Part shown: in pieces, positions 46,133 to 56,157 of the stretch
Layout of the letters: every line of letters begins with the position of its first letter
Position numbering within the stretch: the first letter of the stretch is position 1
Source of the DNA: a virus
Taxonomy: Duplodnaviria; Caudoviricetes
Strand: one strand, 5' to 3'
Virus record (IMG/VR): IMGVR_UViG_3300025012_000095
Location: 1 to 60,941 of that record
Length of the DNA stretch: 60,941 nucleotides
Notes under the pieces: model-generated
Databases searched by the model: none
Told to the model about the DNA's origin: nothing
Seen by the model: only the letters and a program-made list of their open reading frames with translations
Program-made: the position numbers and the translations under genes

Positions 46133-47496
46133 ACAAGGATCAACAGCAACGACTAGCGCTGACAGCGGCAATAGGCGTCCCGCTTCTGGTTATCTACTCG
46201 TTGGCCACGGGGTCGATGGCCCCACGCTGTGCGGTGGGTGAGCGGTGCATCATCGGCTACGACTCCGAGGTAGGGATACCGGCGGGCCTGACGGTAGTGG
46301 AGCACATTCCAGCTCTGAACGCCGTGGTGGTAGAAGAGACTGCTCAGGTACGGGTCTTCTCTCGCGCTGAGGGGGTGCGATACACCGAGACAGACGGAGA
46401 GATGCGTCTGATTGAGCCGGTGGCATACACTTTACTGGCTTCGGTTGACCCCCTCGTGGCACAATGGCACCTTGCGGCTATTGATGCGGTTGGGGCGTGG
46501 ACGAGAACGAAGGGCAAGGGGCAGACAGTTGCCGTGGTAGACACGGGGACGGACTGCGCCCACCCCGATTTGGCGGGGATCTGCAAGGCGGGCAAGAACT
46601 TCACCAGCTCAACACCCTGCGGTCCCGGCTCTAACTGCGATGGGCACGGGCACGGCACGCACGTTGCGGGGATCGTAGCGGCAGTGGGGCGAGTGTTAGG
46701 TGTGTCGCCGGAAGCCAAGGTGATTCCGGTCAAGGTGCTGACTGACCAGGGGGGCGGCTTGTGGTCCGATGTAGCGATGGGGATAGTCTGGGCAGCAGAT
46801 CAAGCTCCGGTCGCCATCAACATGAGCCTCGGCAGCCCTGGTGCATCGCAAGTCGTGCAGGACGCGGTGAACTACGCGCTTGGCAAGGGAATCACAGTTG
46901 TGGTGGCCAGGGGCAATAACGGGAGCGCCGCGCCGGACTATCCAGCCTGTTACCCTGGCGTCATAAACGTGACGGCAACGGGAGTGGGCGGAGCACGCGC
47001 GGCCTGGTCCAGCTTTGGCAATTGTGGGGAGCGGCTTCAGATCGCGGCTCCCGGCGAGAGCATAGCGTCAACGGTTCCCGGTGGGGGACTGGAGGCGTGG
47101 AGTGGCACGAGTATGGCGGCTCCGGTAGTGAGTGGCGTGGTGGCATTGGTGAGGAGTGTCGGTGTACCAGCCTCATTCGTGCCTGACGTGTTGGCCAAGA
47201 CAGCAGGCACTCTCAGTAATGCCAAGGGGGAGGTGGGCATCGTCCACGCGGGGCGTGCAGTTTCCGCGCCTTCCCCCACTGCGGGGCCGTCACCAACGCG
47301 GATGCAAACGCCGGCCCTATCAACGCAGACCAGGACGCCAGTGGGCTATCCTGCCCCTGCGACTGCCACCCCACCAATTGTCCCTCCCACAAGGACACCT
47401 CCGCCTGGATGTCTCCTTGTGCGAAGGACAATGTTGGTGTTCGACGGTGCACCGGTACTGATGCCGGTCTGGGTATACGACTGCAAGGAGGATTGA
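46129..47496 (+). CDS. S8 subtilisin-family serine protease
   Basis: Catalytic triad motifs VAVVDTG / HGTHVAG / SGTSMAAP; N-terminal TM segment and prodomain; Pro/Thr tail. Confidence 0.92.
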   Translation: MNKDQQQRLALTAAIGVPLLVIYSLATGSMAPRCAVGERCIIGYDSEVGIPAGLTVVEHIPALNAVVVEETAQVRVFSRAEGVRYTETDGEMRLIEPVAYTLLASVDPLVAQWHLAAIDAVGAWTRTKGKGQTVAVVDTGTDCAHPDLAGICKAGKNFTSSTPCGPGSNCDGHGHGTHVAGIVAAVGRVLGVSPEAKVIPVKVLTDQGGGLWSDVAMGIVWAADQAPVAINMSLGSPGASQVVQDAVNYALGKGITVVVARGNNGSAAPDYPACYPGVINVTATGVGGARAAWSSFGNCGERLQIAAPGESIASTVPGGGLEAWSGTSMAAPVVSGVVALVRSVGVPASFVPDVLAKTAGTLSNAKGEVGIVHAGRAVSAPSPTAGPSPTRMQTPALSTQTRTPVGYPAPATATPPIVPPTRTPPPGCLLVRRTMLVFDGAPVLMPVWVYDCKED

Positions 47497-48215
47497 GTGG
47501 GGGACGGACAGGTTGCTGTGGCGAAATCTTCCCCGCGAGACAACCAGGTGTTGCTAGCACTGGCGCGGGTACGTGTTATTTGGGGAGGAATAGTCTATGG
47601 TGAGAACCCTATCTCGAGCGCAAGTGTTTTCGAGATGCGGGTGGCGCTAGATGATCTGGCGAACATCATCATGCAGAGAACGTGGGGGCAGGGTTTTGCA
47701 TTCGAGGCGGCGTGCCGCGCACTACGAAGGGAAGCGAGTGATCCTGGGACAGCTTGGCCTGCCGAGATAGACGATTGGGCAGACGCCTATGATGAATGGA
47801 TGACGACGCAGTGACAGCCGTTCCGTGTGGATCTAGAGTGGAGGAGGGAAAGTGAAAGGACAAAGACGATTGTTCGTGGATGGCGTAGATATGGGCGGCG
47901 TGCAATGGACATTCAACCCGCAGGCGGATGTGCAACAGCAGTGGTTCGAGGATTCCATCGAAGATGACGCAGTGCCCACGGGATACGAGGAGATGGTGGA
48001 GGTTGCAAGGAGGGCGTGGGGTGACTAACGATGTGGTGATGACTGATGCATGGCTTGCCTCCAATATCATCGTCAAGGCGTGTATTGCCAGAGAGCGGTA
48101 TGCTCGCTACTGCCTCGACGAGAACCAGCACGACGACTACGTAGCCGCTCTCATGAGGCTATTCGAGGCAGTCGATCTGTGGACAGAAGTGGGTCAAGAG
48201 CGGAAGGAAAAATAG
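47497..48215 (+). other. Three small hypothetical genes (47497-47814, 47852-48028, ~48021-48215)
   Basis: RBS-preceded short ORFs. Confidence 0.45.
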
Positions 48216-50321
48216 GTGATGGGAACAAAGCTCAGCCTGCATGTCCAGTCGCACCTGGCGCATGACATGGTGATCGACTACTGCAAGCGCACACAGCCAA
48301 CCGTTGTGAAGTTCCTGGACGATCCGCGCCGCGACACAATCGAGGCGATCAAATCCGTGAGCCCCGCGACAAAAGTGATCTATCGGATGTTCTGGGGTGA
48401 GCAAACCGATGCGGTAAGCTATAAGGCGTTTCGGACAAAGGCCGTCAAGCGAGCCGAGGAGCTAAAAGGGCTCGTAAATTTCATGGAAGGGTGGAACGAG
48501 TTCGGCTTGTCAGATCTATCCCGCCTGGCGTCGTTCGTCCAGTGGGAGATTGGTCTCGGCAAGGCCCTGAATGATGCAGGAATGGGGGCCTGCCTGGGCC
48601 AGGTCTCAACCGGAGCGTTCGATGCTGGAGGGTACCTGATACAGACCGACGATGGTTCGATGCCGCTCGCTAAGGCGGGGCGACGGGTGAGCGATGCCCA
48701 ACGCAGTGCGATTCGACTGCCCTACAAGGAGGGCCGAGGCGGGCGGATCCGGATGACGGACGCTCTCACGTCGTCCAAGGCATTCGATGTGATGCGCCCA
48801 TTGTTCGAGTTCCTACACGCTACGGGGCCTGACAACATCTGGGGTTCCCATGAGTACACGAGCCCCTACATCACCTATGGCTGGCGAACACCTGACGGCT
48901 TGAACCAGTGGGACCATGCAAGGGACGCGTACAAGGGCTACTCGGTAACTGGTATCTGGAGTCCCACGATTGACGGCTGGTGGACATTACGCTATCGGAT
49001 GCTCTGGCGAGTACTCCAGATGGAGAAGCTGACTAACGTGTCAATGGCTTTCACGGAGACCGGCATAGATGACATCCAGCCCCGCCCCGGCCCTCAAGGT
49101 AAGGGATGGCGAGACTTTAGACATACCGAGTGGGCAAGACTCCCCGGCCTTGGTCCGTGGTCAAAGCAGGCGGGCATCTACGCAAGGCAACTGGAGTACG
49201 ACCCCTATGTACTAGGAGCCGTGACATACGGATTCGGGACCGTGGATAAGGCGTGGCTCTCGTTCGATGATAGTGTAAATCGCGTGCTGTTCGAGGACTT
49301 CATCAAGGAACAGAAAGAGACTAGTTCTCCAATACCAGAAGATCCACCAGACCCGCCAGTAGATCCACCCCCGCCCCCGCCCCCGCCCCCAGTTCTTGAC
49401 CTTGGCCTCGATGCAGTGCTGAGAACCGACGCTGATGCTAAACTCGTCCTCTCGGCAGTCCAAGCAGAACACGGACGGGTAGGGGTGGGCTTGAACAAGA
49501 AAGCCTCTATATGGAAAGCCGCAAGAGCTAGAGGAGACGCCTATCACCCTACAACCAATGAGATTACCATTTCTGGCAGTAAGGGAAGATACGTCTGCCA
49601 ACGCTGGGAAAGACCCATAGACACCACGGTCGCCGCCCTCTTCTGCGAAGTCAACAAGTGGGATGTGGTCTACGCCGCTCTTGCGGGAGAGCCAGCCCCC
49701 GCACCCTTGCCACCCTCGGGGTTGGGTGTTGACGTGAGCCACCATCAGCAGCTAATTAACTGGGGGAAGATGAGAGCTCAGTTTGTGGAGTGGTGCTACA
49801 TCAAGGCCAGCGAAGGCACGACTTTCATCGACCCCCGCTTCTCCGAAAACTGGAGCGGCGCAAGAGCCGTAAGGATGAGCCGGGGCGCCTACCACTTCTA
49901 CTCGCCGACACTGAGCGCAGAGAAGCAGGCGGCCTTGCTAGCTAGACTACTCAAGAATGACTCAGGTGAATTGCCCCCTGCCCTAGATGTTGAAGTCTTC
50001 GGGATCTCACCTCCCCATCTCCATGCTTGCCTCCTTGCTATCGAAAGCCTCTGTGGACGTAGACCCATTATCTACAGCTCGGCCAATTACCTCAATCCCC
50101 TCGGCCGCCTCGCCTGGACCAAGGACTACCAACTGTGGGTCGCTTCGTGGACAGCAAAAGTAGCCCCTACCCTACCCGCTGCTTGGAGTACCTACGCCTT
50201 CTGGCAGTTCGGCCAAACAAAGGACGTCGCTAGATTCGGGTGCCCCGCCGCTCAAGCACTCGACCTGAACCGCGTAGGGCCAGGGTACACCTCGAGCGGG
50301 TCACATACAACGGAGGACTGA
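48216..50321 (+). CDS. Multi-domain endolysin: N-terminal GH-like TIM barrel, poly-Pro linker, putative binding domain, C-terminal GH25 muramidase
   Basis: GVDVSHHQ, YIKASEG, GAYHFY, PPALDVE (GH25); EGWNE and FTETG in the N-terminal domain. Confidence 0.88.
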   Translation: MMGTKLSLHVQSHLAHDMVIDYCKRTQPTVVKFLDDPRRDTIEAIKSVSPATKVIYRMFWGEQTDAVSYKAFRTKAVKRAEELKGLVNFMEGWNEFGLSDLSRLASFVQWEIGLGKALNDAGMGACLGQVSTGAFDAGGYLIQTDDGSMPLAKAGRRVSDAQRSAIRLPYKEGRGGRIRMTDALTSSKAFDVMRPLFEFLHATGPDNIWGSHEYTSPYITYGWRTPDGLNQWDHARDAYKGYSVTGIWSPTIDGWWTLRYRMLWRVLQMEKLTNVSMAFTETGIDDIQPRPGPQGKGWRDFRHTEWARLPGLGPWSKQAGIYARQLEYDPYVLGAVTYGFGTVDKAWLSFDDSVNRVLFEDFIKEQKETSSPIPEDPPDPPVDPPPPPPPPPVLDLGLDAVLRTDADAKLVLSAVQAEHGRVGVGLNKKASIWKAARARGDAYHPTTNEITISGSKGRYVCQRWERPIDTTVAALFCEVNKWDVVYAALAGEPAPAPLPPSGLGVDVSHHQQLINWGKMRAQFVEWCYIKASEGTTFIDPRFSENWSGARAVRMSRGAYHFYSPTLSAEKQAALLARLLKNDSGELPPALDVEVFGISPPHLHACLLAIESLCGRRPIIYSSANYLNPLGRLAWTKDYQLWVASWTAKVAPTLPAAWSTYAFWQFGQTKDVARFGCPAAQALDLNRVGPGYTSSGSHTTED

Positions 50322-50322
50322 C

Positions 50323-50649
50323 GTGGATATCATTTCGTGGCTCGATGCCTTGCAGACGTTGCTCGTGCCTATCTTGGCAGTTATCGGTATCACCGGTGGC
50401 CTCAAGGGCTTCTTCGGGAAGGCGCCTGACTGGCACCTCGGTAACCTCGTTATCCCAGGTGGCCTCTGGCTATCCTGGGTAGTTGCCCTTGGCGTCAGGC
50501 TTTTCGAGTATGCCACCGGCCATATCGTTATCCCACCCAATACCGACATCGCCCTCTTCCTCGCCGCCCAGTGGGCTGCCCTTGCCACTGCTGCCAACGT
50601 CATCCGTAATTGGATCATGCCCTCCGGTACTACCATCGACATAGAATAA
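50323..50649 (+). CDS. Holin
   Basis: Three hydrophobic segments; directly after the endolysin. Confidence 0.7.
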   Translation: MDIISWLDALQTLLVPILAVIGITGGLKGFFGKAPDWHLGNLVIPGGLWLSWVVALGVRLFEYATGHIVIPPNTDIALFLAAQWAALATAANVIRNWIMPSGTTIDIE

Positions 50650-50661
50650 CCCGCACCCCCA

Positions 50662-50712
50662 CTAGGGAGCGCTGCCGACTAACCTCCCAGCGCTCCCTAG
50701 CTTTCTCCCTTC
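50662..50712 (+). terminator. Rho-independent terminator ending the late operon
   Basis: ctagggagcgctg...cagcgctccctag followed by a pyrimidine tail. Confidence 0.75.
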
Positions 50713-50716
50713 TCGC

Positions 50717-50865
50717 TTACCCCCCTCCCCCACCCTTGCTCCCTTTTCCACCCCCTTGCATACCCTGTCCCCCACCCACCCCCACTATACCCCCTCCCAC
50801 CCCACGCGCCGCCGCCCCTTTCACCCCGCAAAACCACTTCCCCCACGCCCACCCCCACGCTTCCC
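50717..50865. repeat. Low-complexity C-run tract (G-runs on the minus strand)
   Basis: More than a dozen C3-C6 runs and almost no G. Confidence 0.85.
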
Positions 50866-50982
50866 TAAGGAGGAGGGGGTTAGGAGGGACGTGTTTGAGA
50901 GCCGGCCGATCCTTAAGTAGTCTCACCTAAAAAACTGTTTTTCCCCAACAAACAATAACCATAACCACGCATAACTTACAAG

Positions 50983-51041
50983 TTAGCCTTGCCTAACGCC
51001 AACCATTAGGCCGAACTAACTTATTATTTAGGCTAGGCTAA
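50983..51041. promoter_or_regulatory. Array of three TTAG-N6-CTAA palindromes
   Basis: Start at 50983, 51006 and 51028 (23- and 22-bp spacing). Confidence 0.75.
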
Positions 51042-51114
51042 AAAAGGGGCGAGTTGGCGGCGGCTGGGACGCCAAACGCCGGCTGGCAGGGGCAGAGTGG
51101 GGCGGGGCGGAGTA

Positions 51115-51195
51115 GAACCCCTGTTCATAGGCCATTGTGCCTATGCCAGTATAGGCCATATGGCCGATGCGGAGTGTCAAGGGCCATGGTAGACT
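51115..51195 (+). promoter_or_regulatory. Promoter cassette copy 1: SOS-like box + two operators + extended -10
   Basis: GAACccctGTTC 51115; ATAGGC-N6-GCC(T/G)AT at 51127 and 51151; TGG-TAGACT 51190. Confidence 0.75.
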
Positions 51196-51255
51196 CTATA
51201 CCAGATCGACGCTCGATACGCCAAGCGACACTCACTAAGGAGGCTACGCACGACA

Positions 51256-52978
51256 ATGACGACAGGGACAAGCCGCATCATGGCGGGGTTGGCGAAAGTG
51301 GCGAAAGTAAGGGACGCAATTGGCATCGATGTGCCTGTGTACACGTCGATCCGGACCACGGAGCGTAAGCCGGAGAGTATGCTGGACGCGATCTTTGGTC
51401 CACCCACGGAGACGACGATCACAACGTACTATGTGTCGATGCACAATGGGCAGCTCGCGCAGCATGAGACAACCCAGACACTCCAGACACTATAACGACA
51501 GGTACCACAGCCTCACCATTCTGGTGGGGCTGTATCTTGCCAGGAGGGATCGACGATGGTTAGCAAAGAAAGAGCTCGGCGTGACTCGGCCTTGCGCGTC
51601 GCCACTACGTACGCGCAATCAGGAGACGTGGACGGGGTGCTGACCTGGTTGCACGTTGCTGGCCAGCATATGAAAGTGGAGGGAACGAGCCATCGACGAT
51701 TGTGGCATATGCTGGCCAACGCAAACAACTCCGGGCGACACGCACGGATCGAGGCCATGTTTCTCGAACACCAAGCGCGCATACGCGCAAGAGGAGAGTG
51801 TAACAATGGTTATTAGGGTTTCGGCCGATACCATGACGGAGATCATGGCGTTGCTCGCGCAAGATGAACTCGTAGGTCTGTGCCGAGCCTGTGGCGAAAT
51901 TGCGTACGACGTGGACTCGGATGCGTTTGGCGACGAATGCGAAATGTGCGGCCAGCGCGCAGTTGACGGCGCCGAGGGGCTTTTGCTGGGCATTTCGCTA
52001 TGAACCTGCCCAACACGTGCCGCATCGTGATCCTTCCGCATACTGATGTGGGCGCCGTAACGGTCAACCAGTGGCGCAAGATCACGTGGTTGGCAACCAG
52101 ACCGATGGACTGCGCTCGGCCGGACCTGGCTACGCTACAGTTGTATGGTTCTAACGATTGCGGTCCGGGCTGGCTGGCATTCGAGATGAACTTTGGCAAC
52201 GGTGGCCATTCGCTCTGTGGTGGCATTGCGCCGAATGGCGATAGTCACACGTAACCCTGCCATAGCAGGCGCCTAGCGTGCGACGGTGACCACGCTAGGC
52301 GTCTGCTATGGCCGTGCTACGACCTGGCGGGCCTATATAGGGGCAACGGAGGGACAAATGGGAACACGGCATTGGAGTAACGGGCAGCTCGACCTAGCGC
52401 TCGTCAAAAGAGCGCTGGCGACCAGTGTCGGGCGCGCACAGCCCGACAGACTCATAATCGAGCCGGACGTCGGTGGTGGTGGTGGTGCCTGGTATGCGAA
52501 CGGCTTCTGTGCATACCGCATCTACGATGCAACCATGCAACTACAGTTGACCGCTTTTTTCACGGCCAAGTCAGGCTGTCGCGTCATTACTGACGGGGCC
52601 CCAACGGCCACGCGGCTTGCATCGTTGCATTATCCCGTTGACGCGACGGAGGCAAATCTACTACCGTGGTCGTCCTGGACGCACGATGGGAGGATCCATG
52701 GTGGTTCGACGGTGCGTGTGTTCACGCGGCCAGACGGCCAGCTAGTGGCCTTCAATGATGCGTTCGTACGGCCGATGCAAGAGCTTGGCTGGTTGCTGTA
52801 CCTGGCCAGCAATCGCCACCCACTGCTCGCTGTTGCGGGAGAGCAGGTTATGGCGCTGGCTATGCCGATGGTCTGGGACCACGACAGCCTGTCGCCATTG
52901 CCAGGCGTAGTGGTACCATCGGCAGTGCCCAGCGAAGCGGCGCCTGTGCACGCTGTGCACGCTGGGCACAACGCCTAG
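51256..52978 (+). other. Early gene cluster 1 (51256-51495, 51556-51816, 51806-52003, 52000-52254, 52358-52978)
   Basis: RBS-preceded small ORFs; long hairpin at 52260-52311. Confidence 0.6.
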
Positions 52979-53014
52979 TGGCACACGGCCCAACTGAGAC
53001 GCTAGGCGATCGTT

Positions 53015-53062
53015 GGGAGCGCAACCCCTGGAGAGGTCTCCGGGGGTTGCGCTCCCTTTCGT
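53015..53062 (+). terminator. Rho-independent terminator
   Basis: gggagcgcaacccctggaga...tctccgggggttgcgctccc then tttcgtt. Confidence 0.8.
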
Positions 53063-53212
53063 TGTGTGCCAGGCAAGGCACGAGCATAGGCGTTGGCGCC
53101 TATGCTCCTAGCGCGAATCCTGGCACGTTGTGAGGCAGTCTACGCGGCGGGTTTGGCGCTGGGCACGCTACCACGCGCGCTAAGGGCCGTCGCTGGCCAG
53201 GCTGTACGCAAC

Positions 53213-53382
53213 TAACGCATGTTCCATAGCGTGCGTGGTAGCGGTTTGTAGGGGACGACAGGCCTAGGGACAAGCCGGACGGGGATCCCGAGCTGACGGT
53301 CAGCGGGCAGGGAACGCATGTTCCATAGAACACATATTCTATGATGCGGCCGCAGAACATGCGAGCCATAGAACAGGCGTGC
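53213..53382. promoter_or_regulatory. Cluster of GAAC-N4-GTTC-like (LexA/Cheo) boxes
   Basis: TAACgcatGTTC 53213, GAACgcatGTTC 53312, GAACacatATTC 53328, GAACatgcGAGC 53355, GAACaggcGTGC 53371. Confidence 0.65.
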
Positions 53383-53390
53383 TTTCATAG

Positions 53391-53426
53391 TTAGGCCAGG
53401 CTAACAACAAGTTTAGGCCAGGCTAA
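53391..53426. promoter_or_regulatory. Two TTAGGCCAGGCTAA sites
   Basis: Exact copies at 53391 and 53413 (22-bp spacing). Confidence 0.8.
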
Positions 53427-53532
53427 AAATAACCAGGGCTGGCCCGGTGCTCAAAAAGGCCGTTTTTGCCTTAATAATCGCCTTAATGAGGGCTTCCCCA
53501 AAAAAACGTTTCTTATGCTACTCGATTATCTA

Positions 53533-53562
53533 TTGACAGGCGACAAGCCGTTATGGTAGACT
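53533..53562 (+). promoter_or_regulatory. Sigma70-type promoter with extended -10 and upstream A-tracts
   Basis: TTGACA-18 nt-TAGACT preceded by TGG. Confidence 0.8.
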
Positions 53563-53598
53563 CGTGTCAAGTTCTTAGCACATAGAAAGGGGCGGCCG

Positions 53599-56044
53599 AT
53601 GGTACGAATGGAATCAGCGTTAAGAGTGCGGGGAGCAACGGCTATCGAGTATCCTTCGGGTCGTTGGGGATTTGCGGGGGCAGTTCCGGGCCGTTTGGCG
53701 TTCGTGCGCCAGGATGGAACAGAGCCGACGGCCGAAGAGATCGACGGCGCGCGGCAGTTTGGAGCGAGCATTGTCGGGCTACGCTTGCGGACCTGGGCGA
53801 CGGAAGCGGAGGCTAAGGAGGCGGAGATCCTCGAACGGGCACCGATTGAAGCGGACTACTACCGGGCCAGCGGTGACAACCAATGAGCGACAGTGAGGGA
53901 GGGCGGCGAGCACGGACTACGGCGGAGTGGGCGGCCATAAGTCACTGGCTTATGTTCGGGGCCTTGACTTATGTAAGGCAATCCGGGGACAAGTGGCTAG
54001 CTGAGTACCCGACTGCCCTAGGAGAACCAACCACGGAGTGGTGGACGGAAGCGGGGGCAGAAGCAGAGGTAAGGCGGTTCCTGAAGCAACTTGCGCGCGA
54101 CACACTCTAAGGGGGTGAACCATGAGGCATCTATCGCTGGTCAAGGCACTCACGAGGGCTGGCATTGAAGTCAAGGAACACCAGCTGTGTGGGCCGAATG
54201 GCGAACCGCGCGGATCACAATACTCCGCCGCGGGGGGCGGGTATATCGCCCGGTGGTACGTTCAGGGAGTCAGGGGTAAGCCGGGCACCTTTGACGCCAT
54301 AGCGGTGAGTGTGGGCCGCGACGGGCCGGGCTATTCCGAGTCCTACACGCGCCGGCTAGCGTCCGTTGTGGGCGCACTGGCAGGAAAGTAATGGACGTCA
54401 AGCCGACAGCGCTGCACGCGTATGAGGTGACGTATAACGACGGGGGGGACGGGGATAGAACAGCTATCCGGTTCGGTGAGACGGCGTGGCACGCGGCCAA
54501 GGGGCTCACAGCGGGGGGTGGCGGGTATCCTTTTCCCCTGACGATAATAGACGTGCGGCGCCTTAGCGCTGCTGAGCGGGGCGGGCTGACGAGTTGGGAT
54601 ATAACATCATGAGTGAGCGCATGACGGATCGTCGAGGCTTCGAGGTGGCGACGTGTTCCCGGTGCGCCGGCACCGGGAGGCATAGTTACTGTCAGCAGTA
54701 TGGAGACACCTGCTTCAAGTGCGGCGGGACGGGCCGCACTCACACAAAGCGAGGGGAGGCCGCGCTTCTCTACTTTCGGGATAGCCGGCGGGTACCCGTG
54801 TGCAGTCTGAAGGAGGGTGACAAGTGGTTCCGCAAGGGGGTACCGGGTTACACAAGCGGCAAGTGGGCTACGGTAACGATTGACGACGTGATAGAATTTG
54901 CGAGCAACGTCGGCCGCGTGGTGAAGATCGAAGGGCCGACACTATATCAACAGCGGCTTGCGGCGGCACTGGCATATCAAGAGACGCTAACTATGGCCGG
55001 GACGGTCCGAAAGCGGGTGAGGGCGTGAGGCATTACTGCATATTCACGAGCGCGAACGCGGGGCCTCCCGACGAGATGGGGCGGGAGGCCGACGTATGGA
55101 AATGCATCTTTGACGGGACGGCAAGGGTGGTGGACGTACGGCGAGCTGCACGCACCATGGCAGCTTGCGGGCTACGGGTACGGGCTTTCGTGGAGAGAAG
55201 CGATCAGGGGTACATGGTCCTAGACCTATGACTCACTTCTATGCAGGCACCAGCTATCCCACACGACGAGCGATGATACTCGCGCAGGTTGACGATTGGT
55301 TGACGGGCGACGGATGGCATAACGAGGGGTTTATCCTCAGCTACCTGGGGGAGTGTACAGATCGGGAGATCGACGCTCACATGCTTACGGCACGGTGGGC
55401 TATAGGGAGACGGAACGAGAGTGGTTACGATGGGTCCGAAGGGGAGAGACGGGAGGCTATTGCGGTACTTAGAGCCGGGTATACCGGCGGGAAGGGGGTA
55501 ACATGGAGGATGTAGTGGGGGCGGCGCCATTGGTTCACGGGAACGGTACGTCACTAGACACTCTCACGGAGCAGCTACGGGGGGCCATCGACGCGGGAAG
55601 GGCGGCTCTCGAGGCGCTACACAACACGCACCCCAACGGCCGGGACTACTACCCCGAACCGGGCCGGTGGAATCGGGCAGTGGGGCTATACGAGGAACGC
55701 GCGGCGGCGCTGACGGGAGTTCTCGACTCTCTCATGGCGGAGTGGGAATACCTGGAGGACACCTACCGATGAGCGGGGCCAAAGCTCGCGTATGGTGGCT
55801 TCACTATCCCGGCCTGGGCTACGCGATAACGTTCCACTTCTCTAAGCCCGTTGGGGAGCGGGAGGTGCGCGCCGATGCTCGTGGCTACTTCCGCGTCAGG
55901 AAACTTCCCAATGAGACGGCGGTCGGGGAAGTGGTAGCAGCGGAAGAGATCGAGGCATCGGCGGCGAGGCTAGCGCGCGCCTGGGCGACGGGGAGCCTAA
56001 GGCGATTGGGGTGTTACACGTACACAATCGAGAGACTGCCATAG
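53599..56044 (+). other. Early gene cluster 2 (53599-53886, 53883-54110, 54122-54391, 54391-54612, 54609-55028 Zn-finger, 55025-55231, 55228-55515, 55503-55772, 55769-56044)
   Basis: Coupled small ORFs; the 54609 ORF has a CSRCAGTG..CFKCGGTG DnaJ-type Zn finger. Confidence 0.6.
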
Positions 56045-56101
56045 AACATACGTACATAGGCCAAATGGCCGATGCGTGGAGTCAAGCGAGTCTGATATCA
56101 T
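56044..56101 (+). promoter_or_regulatory. Promoter cassette copy 2
   Basis: GAACatacGTAC 56044, ATAGGCcaaatgGCCGAT 56056, TG-a-TATCAT 56096. Confidence 0.7.
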
Positions 56102-56157
56102 GAGGGTCGATCAGCAGCCACGCAGGAGAGCGCTAAGGCGCTCGGGAAGGGGGAAAC

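Noticed and set aside
47930-47990. ggttcgag, resembling a tRNA T-loop
   Set aside because: No cloverleaf; lies within a small RBS-preceded ORF
50610-50930. Pro-rich and Gly-rich ORFs over the C-run tract
   Set aside because: Low-complexity translation artefacts spanning a terminator
52358-52978. Possible beta-clamp-like fragment (ALAMPMV ending)
   Set aside because: The resemblance is limited to a few residues; left as hypothetical
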